Position numbers and translations under genes: made by a program. From assembly GCA_965213575.1 (NCBI GenBank), contig CBDBZN010000006.1, positions 106,297-170,296 of the forward strand: a DNA stretch of 64,000 nucleotides, read 5' to 3'. Below the pieces are notes generated by a model. It saw only the letters and a list, made by a program, of their open reading frames with translations, searched no databases and was not told the DNA's origin. Shown here piece after piece: positions 1 to 9,503 of the stretch (position 1 is its first letter; every line of letters begins with the position of its first letter). This stretch comes from Chitinophagales bacterium (GTDB lineage: Bacteria; Bacteroidota; Bacteroidia; Chitinophagales; JAUHXS01).

Positions 1-1
1 C

Positions 2-706
2 TCTTCCCAGTTCAATGCTATTGAGCTGAATGCTACGTTTTACAGATTTTTTCCGCCGGAGCAGTTTGAGACATGGGCAGCTAAAACACCAAGTGGGTTT
101 AGATTTTTTCCAAAAATAACACAAGAAATTTCTCATTGGAAAAGATTGAAAGACGTTAGTCAGCAAGTTGAGTTTTATACCTATGCCGTCTCAAAACTAG
201 AAGATAAGTTGGGCATGGTGTTCTTGCAAATGCATGAGAACTTTAAACCGCAAGATTTTGATCGCGTAGTAGCGTTTGTGGAGCAATGGCCAAAATCGGT
301 GCCGCTTACTGTAGAGTTTAGGCATACGGATTGGTACAATGATGAAAAAATTGCCAATGAGCTATACAATTTATTAGAAAAATATGATATTACTAATGCG
401 ATTGTCGATACAGCAGGTAGAAGAGATTTGATGCACATGAAACTCACCACTCCCAAAGCTTTTGTGCGATATACCGGAGCAAACCACCCTACCGATTACA
501 CTCGATTAGATGATTGGATAAAAAGAATACAAACCTGGGTCGAGTTGGGCATTCAGGAGGTTAACTTTTTTGTCCATCAAAATATGGAATTGGAGTCGCC
601 TTTGTTAGCTGCTTATTTTATCAAGCAATTAAATGAAAAACTGGGTTTAGATTTGAAAGTGCCTCAGACGTTGCATACCGCCGAACAGACAAGGAAATTG
701 TTTTAA
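2..706 (+). CDS. DUF72 family protein, 5'-truncated by window edge
   Basis: Frame open from base 2: SSQFNAIELNATFYR...FRFFPK...EFRH..W, typical DUF72 motifs; ORF track start at 146 is internal. Confidence 0.85.
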   Translation, partial: SSQFNAIELNATFYRFFPPEQFETWAAKTPSGFRFFPKITQEISHWKRLKDVSQQVEFYTYAVSKLEDKLGMVFLQMHENFKPQDFDRVVAFVEQWPKSVPLTVEFRHTDWYNDEKIANELYNLLEKYDITNAIVDTAGRRDLMHMKLTTPKAFVRYTGANHPTDYTRLDDWIKRIQTWVELGIQEVNFFVHQNMELESPLLAAYFIKQLNEKLGLDLKVPQTLHTAEQTRKLF

Positions 707-812
707 CGATAATCATATCTTATAAGTAACTTTTATTGTTTAGCTTTGTGAAGCAACATTATTAAATGTTCTCATAGAAAAAATGCATGAATACATTTAC
801 ACATCTTTGTTG

Positions 813-846
813 ATCATAGCCCCCGGTTTAAACCTTGGGCTATGTC
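813..846. repeat. REP-like imperfect palindrome, copy 1
   Basis: ATCATAGCCCCCGGTTTAAACCTTGGGCTATGTC; similar to 5321-5353 and 3667-3691. Confidence 0.7.
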
Positions 847-996
847 TCGAATCAACCAAAACCATTCTAGTGATTTTAAAATTTTGTTAATAACAGCAAC
901 ACAATTTTAAACATATTTTGGAAAACAACGTAAAGAAAGTTTGCCTGGCGGTATTCTGAAAAGCCTTATGAGTAAGAGTTATTTAAATTAAATCAT

Positions 997-1440
997 ATGA
1001 AGTTTAAAAATGGAATTATTGGATTATGTATAGTAGGATTTTTTGCATTCAATTCATGCAAGAAAGAGTACGAAGAATTTGATAATGGAGAGGTTGTTGA
1101 AAATACTTATTCAGGAACAGTAGATGTAACTTCAGGGGGAGCAGATCCTGCAGGAGATTTTGAAGGCGATGATGATTCAGGAATATATTCATTTGCATGG
1201 AATAATTCTCAAAGCCAAGCATCTCTTGATTTTGATGTCACGACTTCCCAGGGTGGTTCAGTTCAAATCATTTTAAATGATGCGAAAGGTGATGAAGTAC
1301 TTAATAAAACTAGGCCAGAAAATGGAAGTGATTCATTTTCCGGTGTTTCTGAAGATGGCAAAAAGGGTACGTGGCTTGTGACTATTATACTGACTAACTT
1401 TGATGGTGATGGAAGTTATTCTATTTCTCCAGGCAACTAA
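997..1440 (+). CDS. Hypothetical acidic lipoprotein
   Basis: Signal peptide with lipobox-like FNSC followed by KKEYEE; D/E/G/S-rich, probably beta-sandwich. Confidence 0.75.
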   Translation: MKFKNGIIGLCIVGFFAFNSCKKEYEEFDNGEVVENTYSGTVDVTSGGADPAGDFEGDDDSGIYSFAWNNSQSQASLDFDVTTSQGGSVQIILNDAKGDEVLNKTRPENGSDSFSGVSEDGKKGTWLVTIILTNFDGDGSYSISPGN

Positions 1441-1628
1441 ATATAATTGCTTTATTAATCCTAAAAGCTAAAGTATTTTAGAGATTTTTATAGATTAATT
1501 ATCAAATCATAATCGATGGGTTTTAAGTACTTTTACTAGATCTAACTATCATAAGAATATGAAAAGTGCTGCCCATCATGATAATCACATAGAAAAAATG
1601 ATTTTATCCACATTATACTAATGTGTAA

Positions 1629-4600
1629 ATGGAGATAACCAGAATGAAACCAAGAAAGGCACTGAACAAAGCCTTTTTGAAAGTAAAACCGAACAGGACA
1701 GAAATCGAAGGTTTCAAGGTCAATCTCATCCAGTTACTCGACAGGACAAATGACACCGAATCCGAAGAGTTTCATAAAAACCTTGTCATTGACTTTCTCA
1801 AAAAGACATATTACGACCCAAACCATTTCATCAACACTAAAGGAAGAAACGACCTTGTAATCCATAACGGAGACAAAGCAAAAAGCACGGTTGGAGTAAT
1901 CATTGAAGCCAAAAAGCCGACCAACAAAAGCGAAATGGTGAAACCATTCGCTGAAGGCGATACACCTCAGCAAATGGTTTCTAAGCTGAACGCAAAGGCA
2001 TTTCAGGAATTGGTGCTTTACTACCTACGAGAGAGAATCACGCAAAACAACCTTGAAACCAAACATTTGATTATTACCAACATCAATGAATGGTTCATTT
2101 TTGACGCTACAACTTTTGACAGACTTTTTGCCCAAAACAACAAACTCGTTAAGCAATTTCAAGACTTTGAAGGTGGACGAATGGCAGACACCAAAACGGA
2201 TTTTTTCTACAAGCAAATTGCCGAGCCATTTATAGCAGACATCAAAACCGAAATTGAATTTACCTACTTCAATTTACAGGATTACCAGAAGCCTTTGCGA
2301 AATGATAACAAAGCAGACGACAATAAACTAATTGCTCTTTTTAAGCTCTTATCACCCGAACATCTTTTAAAACTTCCATTTACCAACGACAGCAACAGTC
2401 TTGATAAACGCTTTTATAGTGAGCTGCTGCACATTATCGGTTTGACAGAAACCAAAGAAGGTAATAAGAAACTGATTGAACGAAACAAAGCAGGTGAACG
2501 ACACACGGCAACAATCCTTGAAAATGCTATCATTCAGCTTGACAGTTTGGATAAAATCAGCCGATTGAAACGACCAAGCCAATACGGAAACACACAACAG
2601 GAAAAACTTTTTAATGTAGGTCTTGAACTATCCATCACTTGGATTAACAGAATCCTGTTTTTGAAATTGATGGAAGCCCAACTCATCACCTATCACAAAG
2701 GCGATAAACCTGCCCGTTCCGCAGGCGGGTCGTATTCGTTTCTCAACCTTGACAAGATTAAAAACTATGACGACCTAAATAGTCTATTTTTTCAGGTATT
2801 GGCACGGAAATCTGACGAGCGAAATGAAGACGTAATCACAGTTTTTGAGAAGGTTCCCTATCTCAATTCTTCCCTTTTTGAACCTACTGAAATGGAACAG
2901 GACACAATTTTTATCAGCAACCTGAGAGATGATAAAACCATTCCTATCATTTCGTCAACTGTGCTGAAAAACGAGCAAGGGAAGAAAAGAACAGGAAGTT
3001 TAACCACGCTTCAATACCTGTTTGAGTTTCTCAATGCTTACGATTTCAGTAGTGAAGGCTCGGAAGAAATTCAGGAAGAAAACAAATCACTTATTAATGC
3101 TTCCGTTCTCGGGTTGATATTCGAGAAAATAAACGGCTACAAAGACGGTTCATTTTTCACTCCGGGCTTCATCACCATGTATATGTGCCGTGAAACCATT
3201 CGCAAAGCTATTGTTCAGAAATTCAATGAAACTAAGAATTGGAAATGCAAAGACCTTGATGAACTTTACAACAAAATTGAAGACGCCAAAGAAGCCAATG
3301 AAATTGTAAACAGTCTGAAAATTTGTGACCCTGCGGTTGGTTCAGGACACTTTTTAGTTTCCGCCCTCAATGAAATGATTGCCGTTAAAAACGACTTAAA
3401 AATTTTGCAAGACCGAGACGGCAAACGCCTTAAAGAATATCAGGTGGAAGTGGTAAATGACGAATTGATCATCACGGATGAAGAAGGCGAACTTTTTGAA
3501 TACAATCCAAACAGCAAAGAAAGCCAACGCATTCAGGAAACACTTTTTCACGAAAAGCAAACCATCATTGAAAACTGTCTTTTCGGTGTAGACATCAATC
3601 CGAACTCTGTAAAAATTTGCCGTTTACGTTTGTGGATTGAGCTTTTGAAAAACGCCTATTACAAAACCCCCGATTTAAATCGGGGGCTATGGGCTCTTGA
3701 AACGCTTCCGAACATTGACATCAACATAAAATGCGGTAACTCCTTAGTGAGCCGTTTTGACATTGATGCTGACTTGAAACAAGCCTTGAAAAAAAGTAAG
3801 TGGTCGATTGACAGCTACCGAGTTGCCGTTGACACCTACCGAAATGCGGAAAGCAAGGAACAGAAAAGAGAAATGGAGAAACTGATTGCCGACATCAAAT
3901 CGGATTTCAGGAGTGAGATTTCTTTGAACGACCCAAAAGTTAAAAGGCTTCGCAAACTATCAGGCGAACTTTTTCAGATGACCCAACAACAGCAACTTTT
4001 TGAAATGTCCAAAAAGGAAAAGACCGCTTGGAACAAAAAAGTGGCTAAACTGACCCAAGACACCAAAAAGTTAGAAACTGAAATTGAAGAAATTAAAGCC
4101 AATAAGATTTTTGAGAACGCTTTTGAGTGGCGTTTCGAGTTTCCTGAAGTGCTAAATGATGAAGGCGATTTTGTGGGCTTTGATGTGGTGATTGGGAATC
4201 CGCCTTACGTTTTTGGTGGTAATGAAGGTATCTCTGAAAATGAAAAAATTTACTTCAAGAATAATTATCAAATTGGAAGTGGTAAGATTAATCTTTTTAC
4301 CCTCTTCATTGAAAAAGCATTTAATCTTTTAAAAAGTGCATCACAATTCGGTTTTATTATACCAAATACCTTTTTAAGAGTAACATCATACGATTCAACA
4401 AGAAGATACTTGCTTGATCATGCAAAGATTGACTCAATATATGACTTTGGTGATAGAGTTTTTGATGATGCAGTTACAACCGCAATAGTAATAACTGCCA
4501 CCAAAGGCAAATTTGAGGATTTCCAAACACGATTAATAAATGAATCAGATACAGGAGTTTTAAGTAAACAAGATATTATTGAAAATGAATTTGTAATTGC

Positions 4601-5297
4601 GATTAACCTTGACGTGCGCTCTCTGAAACTTGTAAAAAAACTGAAGACAAATATTTCTTTAGGCTCAATTTGCAAGGAAATGATTTTTGGAGTAGTGATT
4701 ACAAAAAATAAAGGTGAAGTTGTAAGTGACAAGCCAATAGAAGGTTGGAAACCCTTTTTGGAAGGCAAGGAAATTGGACCGTATTATATCCATGAAATCA
4801 AGCAATGGTTAAATTACGAACCAAAGTTACTCCACAGGGCAAGAAGTAAAGAGGTTTTTGAAGTCCGCGAAAAAATTGTAATTCAAAGAATTACTGGTGG
4901 TAACAAGCCGTTAAAAGCCGCATATGATAATCAAGGCCTCTACAATAAAGAATCCATAAACAATATTATTCTCAAATCAGACAGCCCAGTTCAAACCAAG
5001 TTTGTGTTAGCATTACTTAACTCAAGGCTGATTAATTGGTTTTATACAATTCAATTCACAAATGAATCAAATCTAACAGTGAATTTATCCAAAACCTATT
5101 TATCTCAAATACCGCTTGCAATACCGAATGAAAATGAGGAGAATCTAATCATTTCGGTAGCCAATGAAATTCTATCTATAAAAAAACAAAACCCTGCAAC
5201 TGATACAACTGCCCTTGAAAACCAAATCAATCAATTAGTTTATCAGCTTTACAACTTGACCGAAGAAGAAATTGAAATTGTAGAAGGAAATGGATGA
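1629..5297 (+). CDS. Type IIG restriction-modification enzyme (fused REase/N6-adenine MTase/TRD, Eco57I/TaqI-C-like)
   Basis: N-terminal PD-(D/E)xK-like RNDLVIH...IEAKK, motif I DPAVGSGHF, motif IV NPPY, C-terminal TRD ending ENQINQLVYQLYNLTEEEI. Confidence 0.92.
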   Translation: MEITRMKPRKALNKAFLKVKPNRTEIEGFKVNLIQLLDRTNDTESEEFHKNLVIDFLKKTYYDPNHFINTKGRNDLVIHNGDKAKSTVGVIIEAKKPTNKSEMVKPFAEGDTPQQMVSKLNAKAFQELVLYYLRERITQNNLETKHLIITNINEWFIFDATTFDRLFAQNNKLVKQFQDFEGGRMADTKTDFFYKQIAEPFIADIKTEIEFTYFNLQDYQKPLRNDNKADDNKLIALFKLLSPEHLLKLPFTNDSNSLDKRFYSELLHIIGLTETKEGNKKLIERNKAGERHTATILENAIIQLDSLDKISRLKRPSQYGNTQQEKLFNVGLELSITWINRILFLKLMEAQLITYHKGDKPARSAGGSYSFLNLDKIKNYDDLNSLFFQVLARKSDERNEDVITVFEKVPYLNSSLFEPTEMEQDTIFISNLRDDKTIPIISSTVLKNEQGKKRTGSLTTLQYLFEFLNAYDFSSEGSEEIQEENKSLINASVLGLIFEKINGYKDGSFFTPGFITMYMCRETIRKAIVQKFNETKNWKCKDLDELYNKIEDAKEANEIVNSLKICDPAVGSGHFLVSALNEMIAVKNDLKILQDRDGKRLKEYQVEVVNDELIITDEEGELFEYNPNSKESQRIQETLFHEKQTIIENCLFGVDINPNSVKICRLRLWIELLKNAYYKTPDLNRGLWALETLPNIDINIKCGNSLVSRFDIDADLKQALKKSKWSIDSYRVAVDTYRNAESKEQKREMEKLIADIKSDFRSEISLNDPKVKRLRKLSGELFQMTQQQQLFEMSKKEKTAWNKKVAKLTQDTKKLETEIEEIKANKIFENAFEWRFEFPEVLNDEGDFVGFDVVIGNPPYVFGGNEGISENEKIYFKNNYQIGSGKINLFTLFIEKAFNLLKSASQFGFIIPNTFLRVTSYDSTRRYLLDHAKIDSIYDFGDRVFDDAVTTAIVITATKGKFEDFQTRLINESDTGVLSKQDIIENEFVIAINLDVRSLKLVKKLKTNISLGSICKEMIFGVVITKNKGEVVSDKPIEGWKPFLEGKEIGPYYIHEIKQWLNYEPKLLHRARSKEVFEVREKIVIQRITGGNKPLKAAYDNQGLYNKESINNIILKSDSPVQTKFVLALLNSRLINWFYTIQFTNESNLTVNLSKTYLSQIPLAIPNENEENLIISVANEILSIKKQNPATDTTALENQINQLVYQLYNLTEEEIEIVEGNG
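1941..1980. repeat. Intragenic inverted repeat in RM gene
   Basis: AAACCATTcGCTGAAGG-CGATACA-CCTCAGCaAATGGTTT hairpin. Confidence 0.7.
2709..2729. repeat. 21-bp GC-rich imperfect palindrome, in frame, encoding PARSAGG
   Basis: CCTGCCCGTTCCGCAGGCGGG, exactly 7 codons, in an AT-rich gene. Confidence 0.7.
3667..3691. repeat. Intragenic REP-like palindrome in RM gene
   Basis: Perfect 20-bp palindrome CCCCCGATTTAAATCGGGGG followed by CTATG, as in the intergenic copies. Confidence 0.75.
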
Positions 5298-5320
5298 ATC
5301 CATTCAACGAATAATAGTAC

Positions 5321-5388
5321 ATCATAACCCACGGTTTAACCGTGGGCTATGATACAAAAACGGTAATTTTTAACCGTTTCAACGGTTT
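5321..5388. repeat. REP-like palindrome, copy 2, plus companion palindrome
   Basis: ATCATAACCCACGGTTTAACCGTGGGCTATGAT (5321-5353), then AACCGTTTCAACGGTT (5372-5387). Confidence 0.8.
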
Positions 5389-5420
5389 GTAAGAACATAG
5401 CGAATATTGAAATTTGAATT

Positions 5421-6110
5421 ATGCCAGAAGCCATAAATGAAATGGAGAAATTAATTGTTTTGATGAAATTTGGTGAAAAAGAACATATTGAAAACCTTTT
5501 TAATAAAGGCGAAATATTTTTTAACACCCCATTATCATATAGCGAATCTAGTGAGAGGGAAAGAGGTGATATTTATGAAGGAGCAGAATGGGTTGAAAAC
5601 GTTCAGCTTTCAGAAATTAGTTTTAATCATCCTAAAATAGGGGTTGGTAAATTAACTCCTGCAAAGAACTCACTTTCTAGATTAATTCAGTATAACACCT
5701 TTTTCTTATCCACAAGTTTCTATGCAATAACATCTAAAACTTTTGAAAACACAGACCAGCATCAAATCAATAAACGAATAGTTGATTTTAAAGGAGCTGA
5801 TGCTGCAATAATGATAAAAGACCCTATTCGATTTCTTAATTCCATTACTTCCAAACTAAAGGAAAATAGATTTCAATATGAAGCAAGAATTGTAAAGTAT
5901 AGAGATTTCAAGATAGGGGGTAGAGTTGATTTAACTCCTTTTGAAAAAGATATTGATTTCGTTCATCAATTGGAATTTAGAATTATCATAGAGAATAAGG
6001 AGAACAAGCCAAATAATAAAGTTTTTATTGACTCAATTGCTGAGTATAGCCTTATTTTAGATGCAAAATCCATGGTAGAATTAACTTGGAAGGTAAAGAG
6101 AAGACAGTGA
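5421..6110 (+). CDS. Hypothetical protein downstream of RM gene
   Basis: 229-aa ORF; KFG..EH...L...G.IFFN...RGD..EG and F.K...F.HQ.EFRI segments; no confident family. Confidence 0.7.
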   Translation: MPEAINEMEKLIVLMKFGEKEHIENLFNKGEIFFNTPLSYSESSERERGDIYEGAEWVENVQLSEISFNHPKIGVGKLTPAKNSLSRLIQYNTFFLSTSFYAITSKTFENTDQHQINKRIVDFKGADAAIMIKDPIRFLNSITSKLKENRFQYEARIVKYRDFKIGGRVDLTPFEKDIDFVHQLEFRIIIENKENKPNNKVFIDSIAEYSLILDAKSMVELTWKVKRRQ

Positions 6111-6173
6111 GCTAAAGTTAAAATAAGGAGAATGGATATATATTAAGATTGAATAACTATAAAACTAAAAACA

Positions 6174-6314
6174 ATGACAAAAAAGACAGTCCCGGTAAAA
6201 CCTCACAAAAGGTCAACACCATCACCGACACCAAGAAAAAACCCTGATGCTCCAAAGCCAGGACCGAAAACAGTTCCGGTTGACCCACATAAAAGGTCAC
6301 GGCCGAAAAAGTAA
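6174..6314 (+). CDS. 46-aa basic Pro/Lys-rich microprotein with internal duplication
   Basis: MTKKTVPVKPHKRSTPSPTPRKNPDAPKPGPKTVPVDPHKRSRPKK; A-rich leader; repeats differ mostly at synonymous positions. Confidence 0.7.
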   Translation: MTKKTVPVKPHKRSTPSPTPRKNPDAPKPGPKTVPVDPHKRSRPKK

Positions 6315-6545
6315 ATATTTTAAAATGCAAGTTGGTATTAGGGGAATACGTCAATTGGATTGAATCCTACTTGGTACAGAGATTCCATTTCACGTAAGCC
6401 ATTTTTGAAAAAACCTTGAGCTTTATCTTATACCGATTACACATTCAATATAGTCCATTATCAGTTTCCCCTTAAAGGACTATTTTCATGTAGTATCGGC
6501 ATTTACCAATGTAAATATTTATAAAATATTGGATTATTTTATAAA

Positions 6546-9035
6546 TCACATTGTTATTAAAACCGTTATACTTCCTGATAATAAAATCTCCTCCCCATCA
6601 TTATAACTGCCAATAAGCTTGTAAACAACTGAACTAGCCGGCAGTAATGCTCCGTTATACGACCCATCCCACCTTTCCGATAAATCGGAAGTTGTCCAGA
6701 GCAGTTTACCATGCCTATCATAAATACTTAACGTAGCTGCTGATATACCCGAATATTGTATGCCTAAGGTGTTATTAATTGAAGCATTCAAAGCTATAGC
6801 ATTGGGAATAAAAATGAATTGATCTTCAACACAACTAACCGTATCAATTTGAATACTATCAGAAGTACTGCAACCTGCTTCGCTGTTTGATACTGTTAGA
6901 GTATATAACCCTGCATCAGCTACTTCAATTTTAGCAGTTGTCGCTCCTGTAGACCATTCATATTCACCTAGCCCATCTTCTATACCTATCTGAATGGTAG
7001 ATTCAGCACAGATTGTAGTATCAGGAGATAGGCTGATTAAAGGAGGTGAAAAGACATTGATGGTGATGGGTGCTAAAGCACATACATTTTGTGATGATCT
7101 TGCTTTAATAGTATAAGTAATCGTAGTAGCAGGTGTAACCGTTATGCTTTCAGTCGTATCAAAGATCTCATCTTCTCCTACAATAATCCATCCATAACTA
7201 CCCTCCGGTGCTTGTGTAATAGTTGTTATATCCACAGTATCGCCTTCACAAATTATAGTGTCACTTGCTATAAAAGTGACTTCAAAAAATGAATCTACAG
7301 GAGTAAATTCAGAAGTATTACTTACAGTAGAAGTGGCAGTAGCGGTTATATTACAAATTTGATCTATGCTTTCGATATAGGCCCAATTACTATCTATATC
7401 TGTAATGGCAGTTCCTATATATGTTTTTCCCTGTGCAGTATTGTTTCCTGTATGGTTATAAAATAGCTCTATGGTGTCGCCGGGAATAGCTGTGCCGGCA
7501 ACTGTTGATTCTGTGACATTATTAATGATCGGTACAGGATGCCCTTCGTTGGCATTAATTCCCCCATAGCCTAAGTCAATACCATAACCGTTATTATAGA
7601 TACTATTTCTTCTGATAGAAATATGCTCTGGAGGAACTCCTGCCAAAGATATTGCACTGCTAACATTATACGCAATAGTATTTCCTGATCCATTTGCCGT
7701 GCCGATTATGCCTCCATTTACATAACCACCTATAAAAATTCCATAGAAACCGTTTCCAAAATCGGCACTTTGGGCTTGATTAGTGCCTATAAAATTATTC
7801 AAAATTGTAAACCGTGAATTAGTAGAACCAGGATGTTGAATATTTAATCCATCTCCCCGGCTAGCTCCAATAACATTTTTTTCGACCCATATCTCTTCAC
7901 TGTTCAAAATGTATACTCCTAGACCATCATTTCCTAAAGCTGTGTTTTGGTCTTCTGAAAGTCCTATGATATTATCAATAAGATTAATTGTATCTGATTC
8001 TTCTACTCGCACCCCATCATTATCATTCGCAGAAATAATATTTCCTGCACCTGCTTCACCAATCCTAATATTTCTACTTCCTCTTATCAGAATTCCTCCT
8101 TGATTACCCATCGGTGTAGAGCCATCTATGCCAACGCCAATTTTATTTTTGATGACAAGTAAGTTTTCACAATTAAATGCTAATATGCCTGGTTCAAAGT
8201 TCATTTCATTTCCCCCAATGACATTATTTTCTACAAAAAGGTTAGTACAAAATCCAAATATTATCCCTCCATTTCCGTTCGCAAGGGAGGAAATACCATT
8301 TGCTGCAGTACCAATCAAATTGCCTAATATTTTTATGCTATCACTTGCAAAGGCTTCGATGGCAACATATCTGTTAGAAGCAATTAAATTTTCTACAATG
8401 TCAACATTGCCTCCATTAGGGCCTTGAATAGAAATGCCAATAAATTCGTTTCCATCTGCTATATTACCTGTTGAGTCGGTACCGATCCTATTACCTTCAA
8501 TTTTTGTTTTATGAGTTTTCTCTCCATATAAAGTAATACCACTTCTATCACAACCTGAAATAACATTTCTTTTATCTCCACTAGTACCAATGATTGTATT
8601 ATATATATCCGGATCACCAAAGTTTACTTCTATATGAATACCGTCATTAGGAAAATCATTGATTTGAAGTCCATACACTTCACAATCGCTTGCCTGTATT
8701 TTAATACCATCCCCAAAGGGTTGGTTTTGCCCGTTTAATATAATTTTAGGAGTATTGCCAGTAAAGCCGTTGGCAGGCTGAGAACTACCATCTATGACAG
8801 TATTTTTTCCATTTGGAAAGTAGATTACAGGAAGTTCTGCTAATAAGTCTATTTTATGAGGTGCTACACCGGGAATATCAAAAATAATATCATCAGCTCC
8901 CGGATTATTGACAGCATTAATCATTGCTTGCCTCAAAGATCCGGCTCCTGCGTCATTGGTATTAAGTACTGTAAAAGTATTGCTGTATCCTGCTAAATAG
9001 TGTATCGCAAATATACTATAGAAAAATAATTTCAT
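6546..9035 (-). CDS. Secreted parallel beta-helix protein with T9SS type B sorting domain
   Basis: FTVLNTNDAGAGSLRQA N-terminus, repeated GN.IG...GN..G units, C-terminal IFIPNA...IYDRHG...WDG.YNG. Confidence 0.85.
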   Translation of the reverse strand: MKLFFYSIFAIHYLAGYSNTFTVLNTNDAGAGSLRQAMINAVNNPGADDIIFDIPGVAPHKIDLLAELPVIYFPNGKNTVIDGSSQPANGFTGNTPKIILNGQNQPFGDGIKIQASDCEVYGLQINDFPNDGIHIEVNFGDPDIYNTIIGTSGDKRNVISGCDRSGITLYGEKTHKTKIEGNRIGTDSTGNIADGNEFIGISIQGPNGGNVDIVENLIASNRYVAIEAFASDSIKILGNLIGTAANGISSLANGNGGIIFGFCTNLFVENNVIGGNEMNFEPGILAFNCENLLVIKNKIGVGIDGSTPMGNQGGILIRGSRNIRIGEAGAGNIISANDNDGVRVEESDTINLIDNIIGLSEDQNTALGNDGLGVYILNSEEIWVEKNVIGASRGDGLNIQHPGSTNSRFTILNNFIGTNQAQSADFGNGFYGIFIGGYVNGGIIGTANGSGNTIAYNVSSAISLAGVPPEHISIRRNSIYNNGYGIDLGYGGINANEGHPVPIINNVTESTVAGTAIPGDTIELFYNHTGNNTAQGKTYIGTAITDIDSNWAYIESIDQICNITATATSTVSNTSEFTPVDSFFEVTFIASDTIICEGDTVDITTITQAPEGSYGWIIVGEDEIFDTTESITVTPATTITYTIKARSSQNVCALAPITINVFSPPLISLSPDTTICAESTIQIGIEDGLGEYEWSTGATTAKIEVADAGLYTLTVSNSEAGCSTSDSIQIDTVSCVEDQFIFIPNAIALNASINNTLGIQYSGISAATLSIYDRHGKLLWTTSDLSERWDGSYNGALLPASSVVYKLIGSYNDGEEILLSGSITVLITM

Positions 9036-9203
9036 AGAAAAGTTATTAGTATATGCACAATACTATATACAAGATATATAATAGGTGAGAAGGAAATTGA
9101 GCTTATAAAAGCATGTTAGCATCCTATAAGGCAATATTAACAGGTATCTTCTATCTATTATTTCCTGCTATTAGATAAAAGAAAAGAAAAAACTTTATAT
9201 AAT

Positions 9204-9353
9204 TTACTTAGCTTTCCCCATTATCTTATACATGCCGGTACCACATACAGAGCATTTACCTTTCATGGCTTTTCGGCCATTTTTCATGGTTACCTCTTCT
9301 GCATTTTTCATTTCTCTCTTTTCTTTACATTTTACGCAATATCCTTCAGTCAT
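9204..9353 (-). CDS. 49-aa basic zinc-ribbon protein (DUF5679-like)
   Basis: MTEGYCVKCKEKREMKNAEEVTMKNGRKAMKGKCSVCGTGMYKIMGKAK; two CxxC pairs; below ORF-track cutoff. Confidence 0.85.
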   Translation of the reverse strand: MTEGYCVKCKEKREMKNAEEVTMKNGRKAMKGKCSVCGTGMYKIMGKAK

Positions 9354-9503
9354 AATATTAATTTTTATAATCTAATTTACGTAAAAATAAGTTAAAGTTA
9401 CAAACTATCATAGGATTAATTTGTGTTAAACCCACCATACTTTTCATGTTTCTATTTCTCAGTTGGCCAAAATTAAAACTTTGGTAAAGCTATTAGTAAT
9501 GCC

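Noticed and set aside
6157-6354. 65-aa minus-strand ORF
   Set aside because: Antisense shadow of the plus-strand microprotein, which shows the peptide-level repeat
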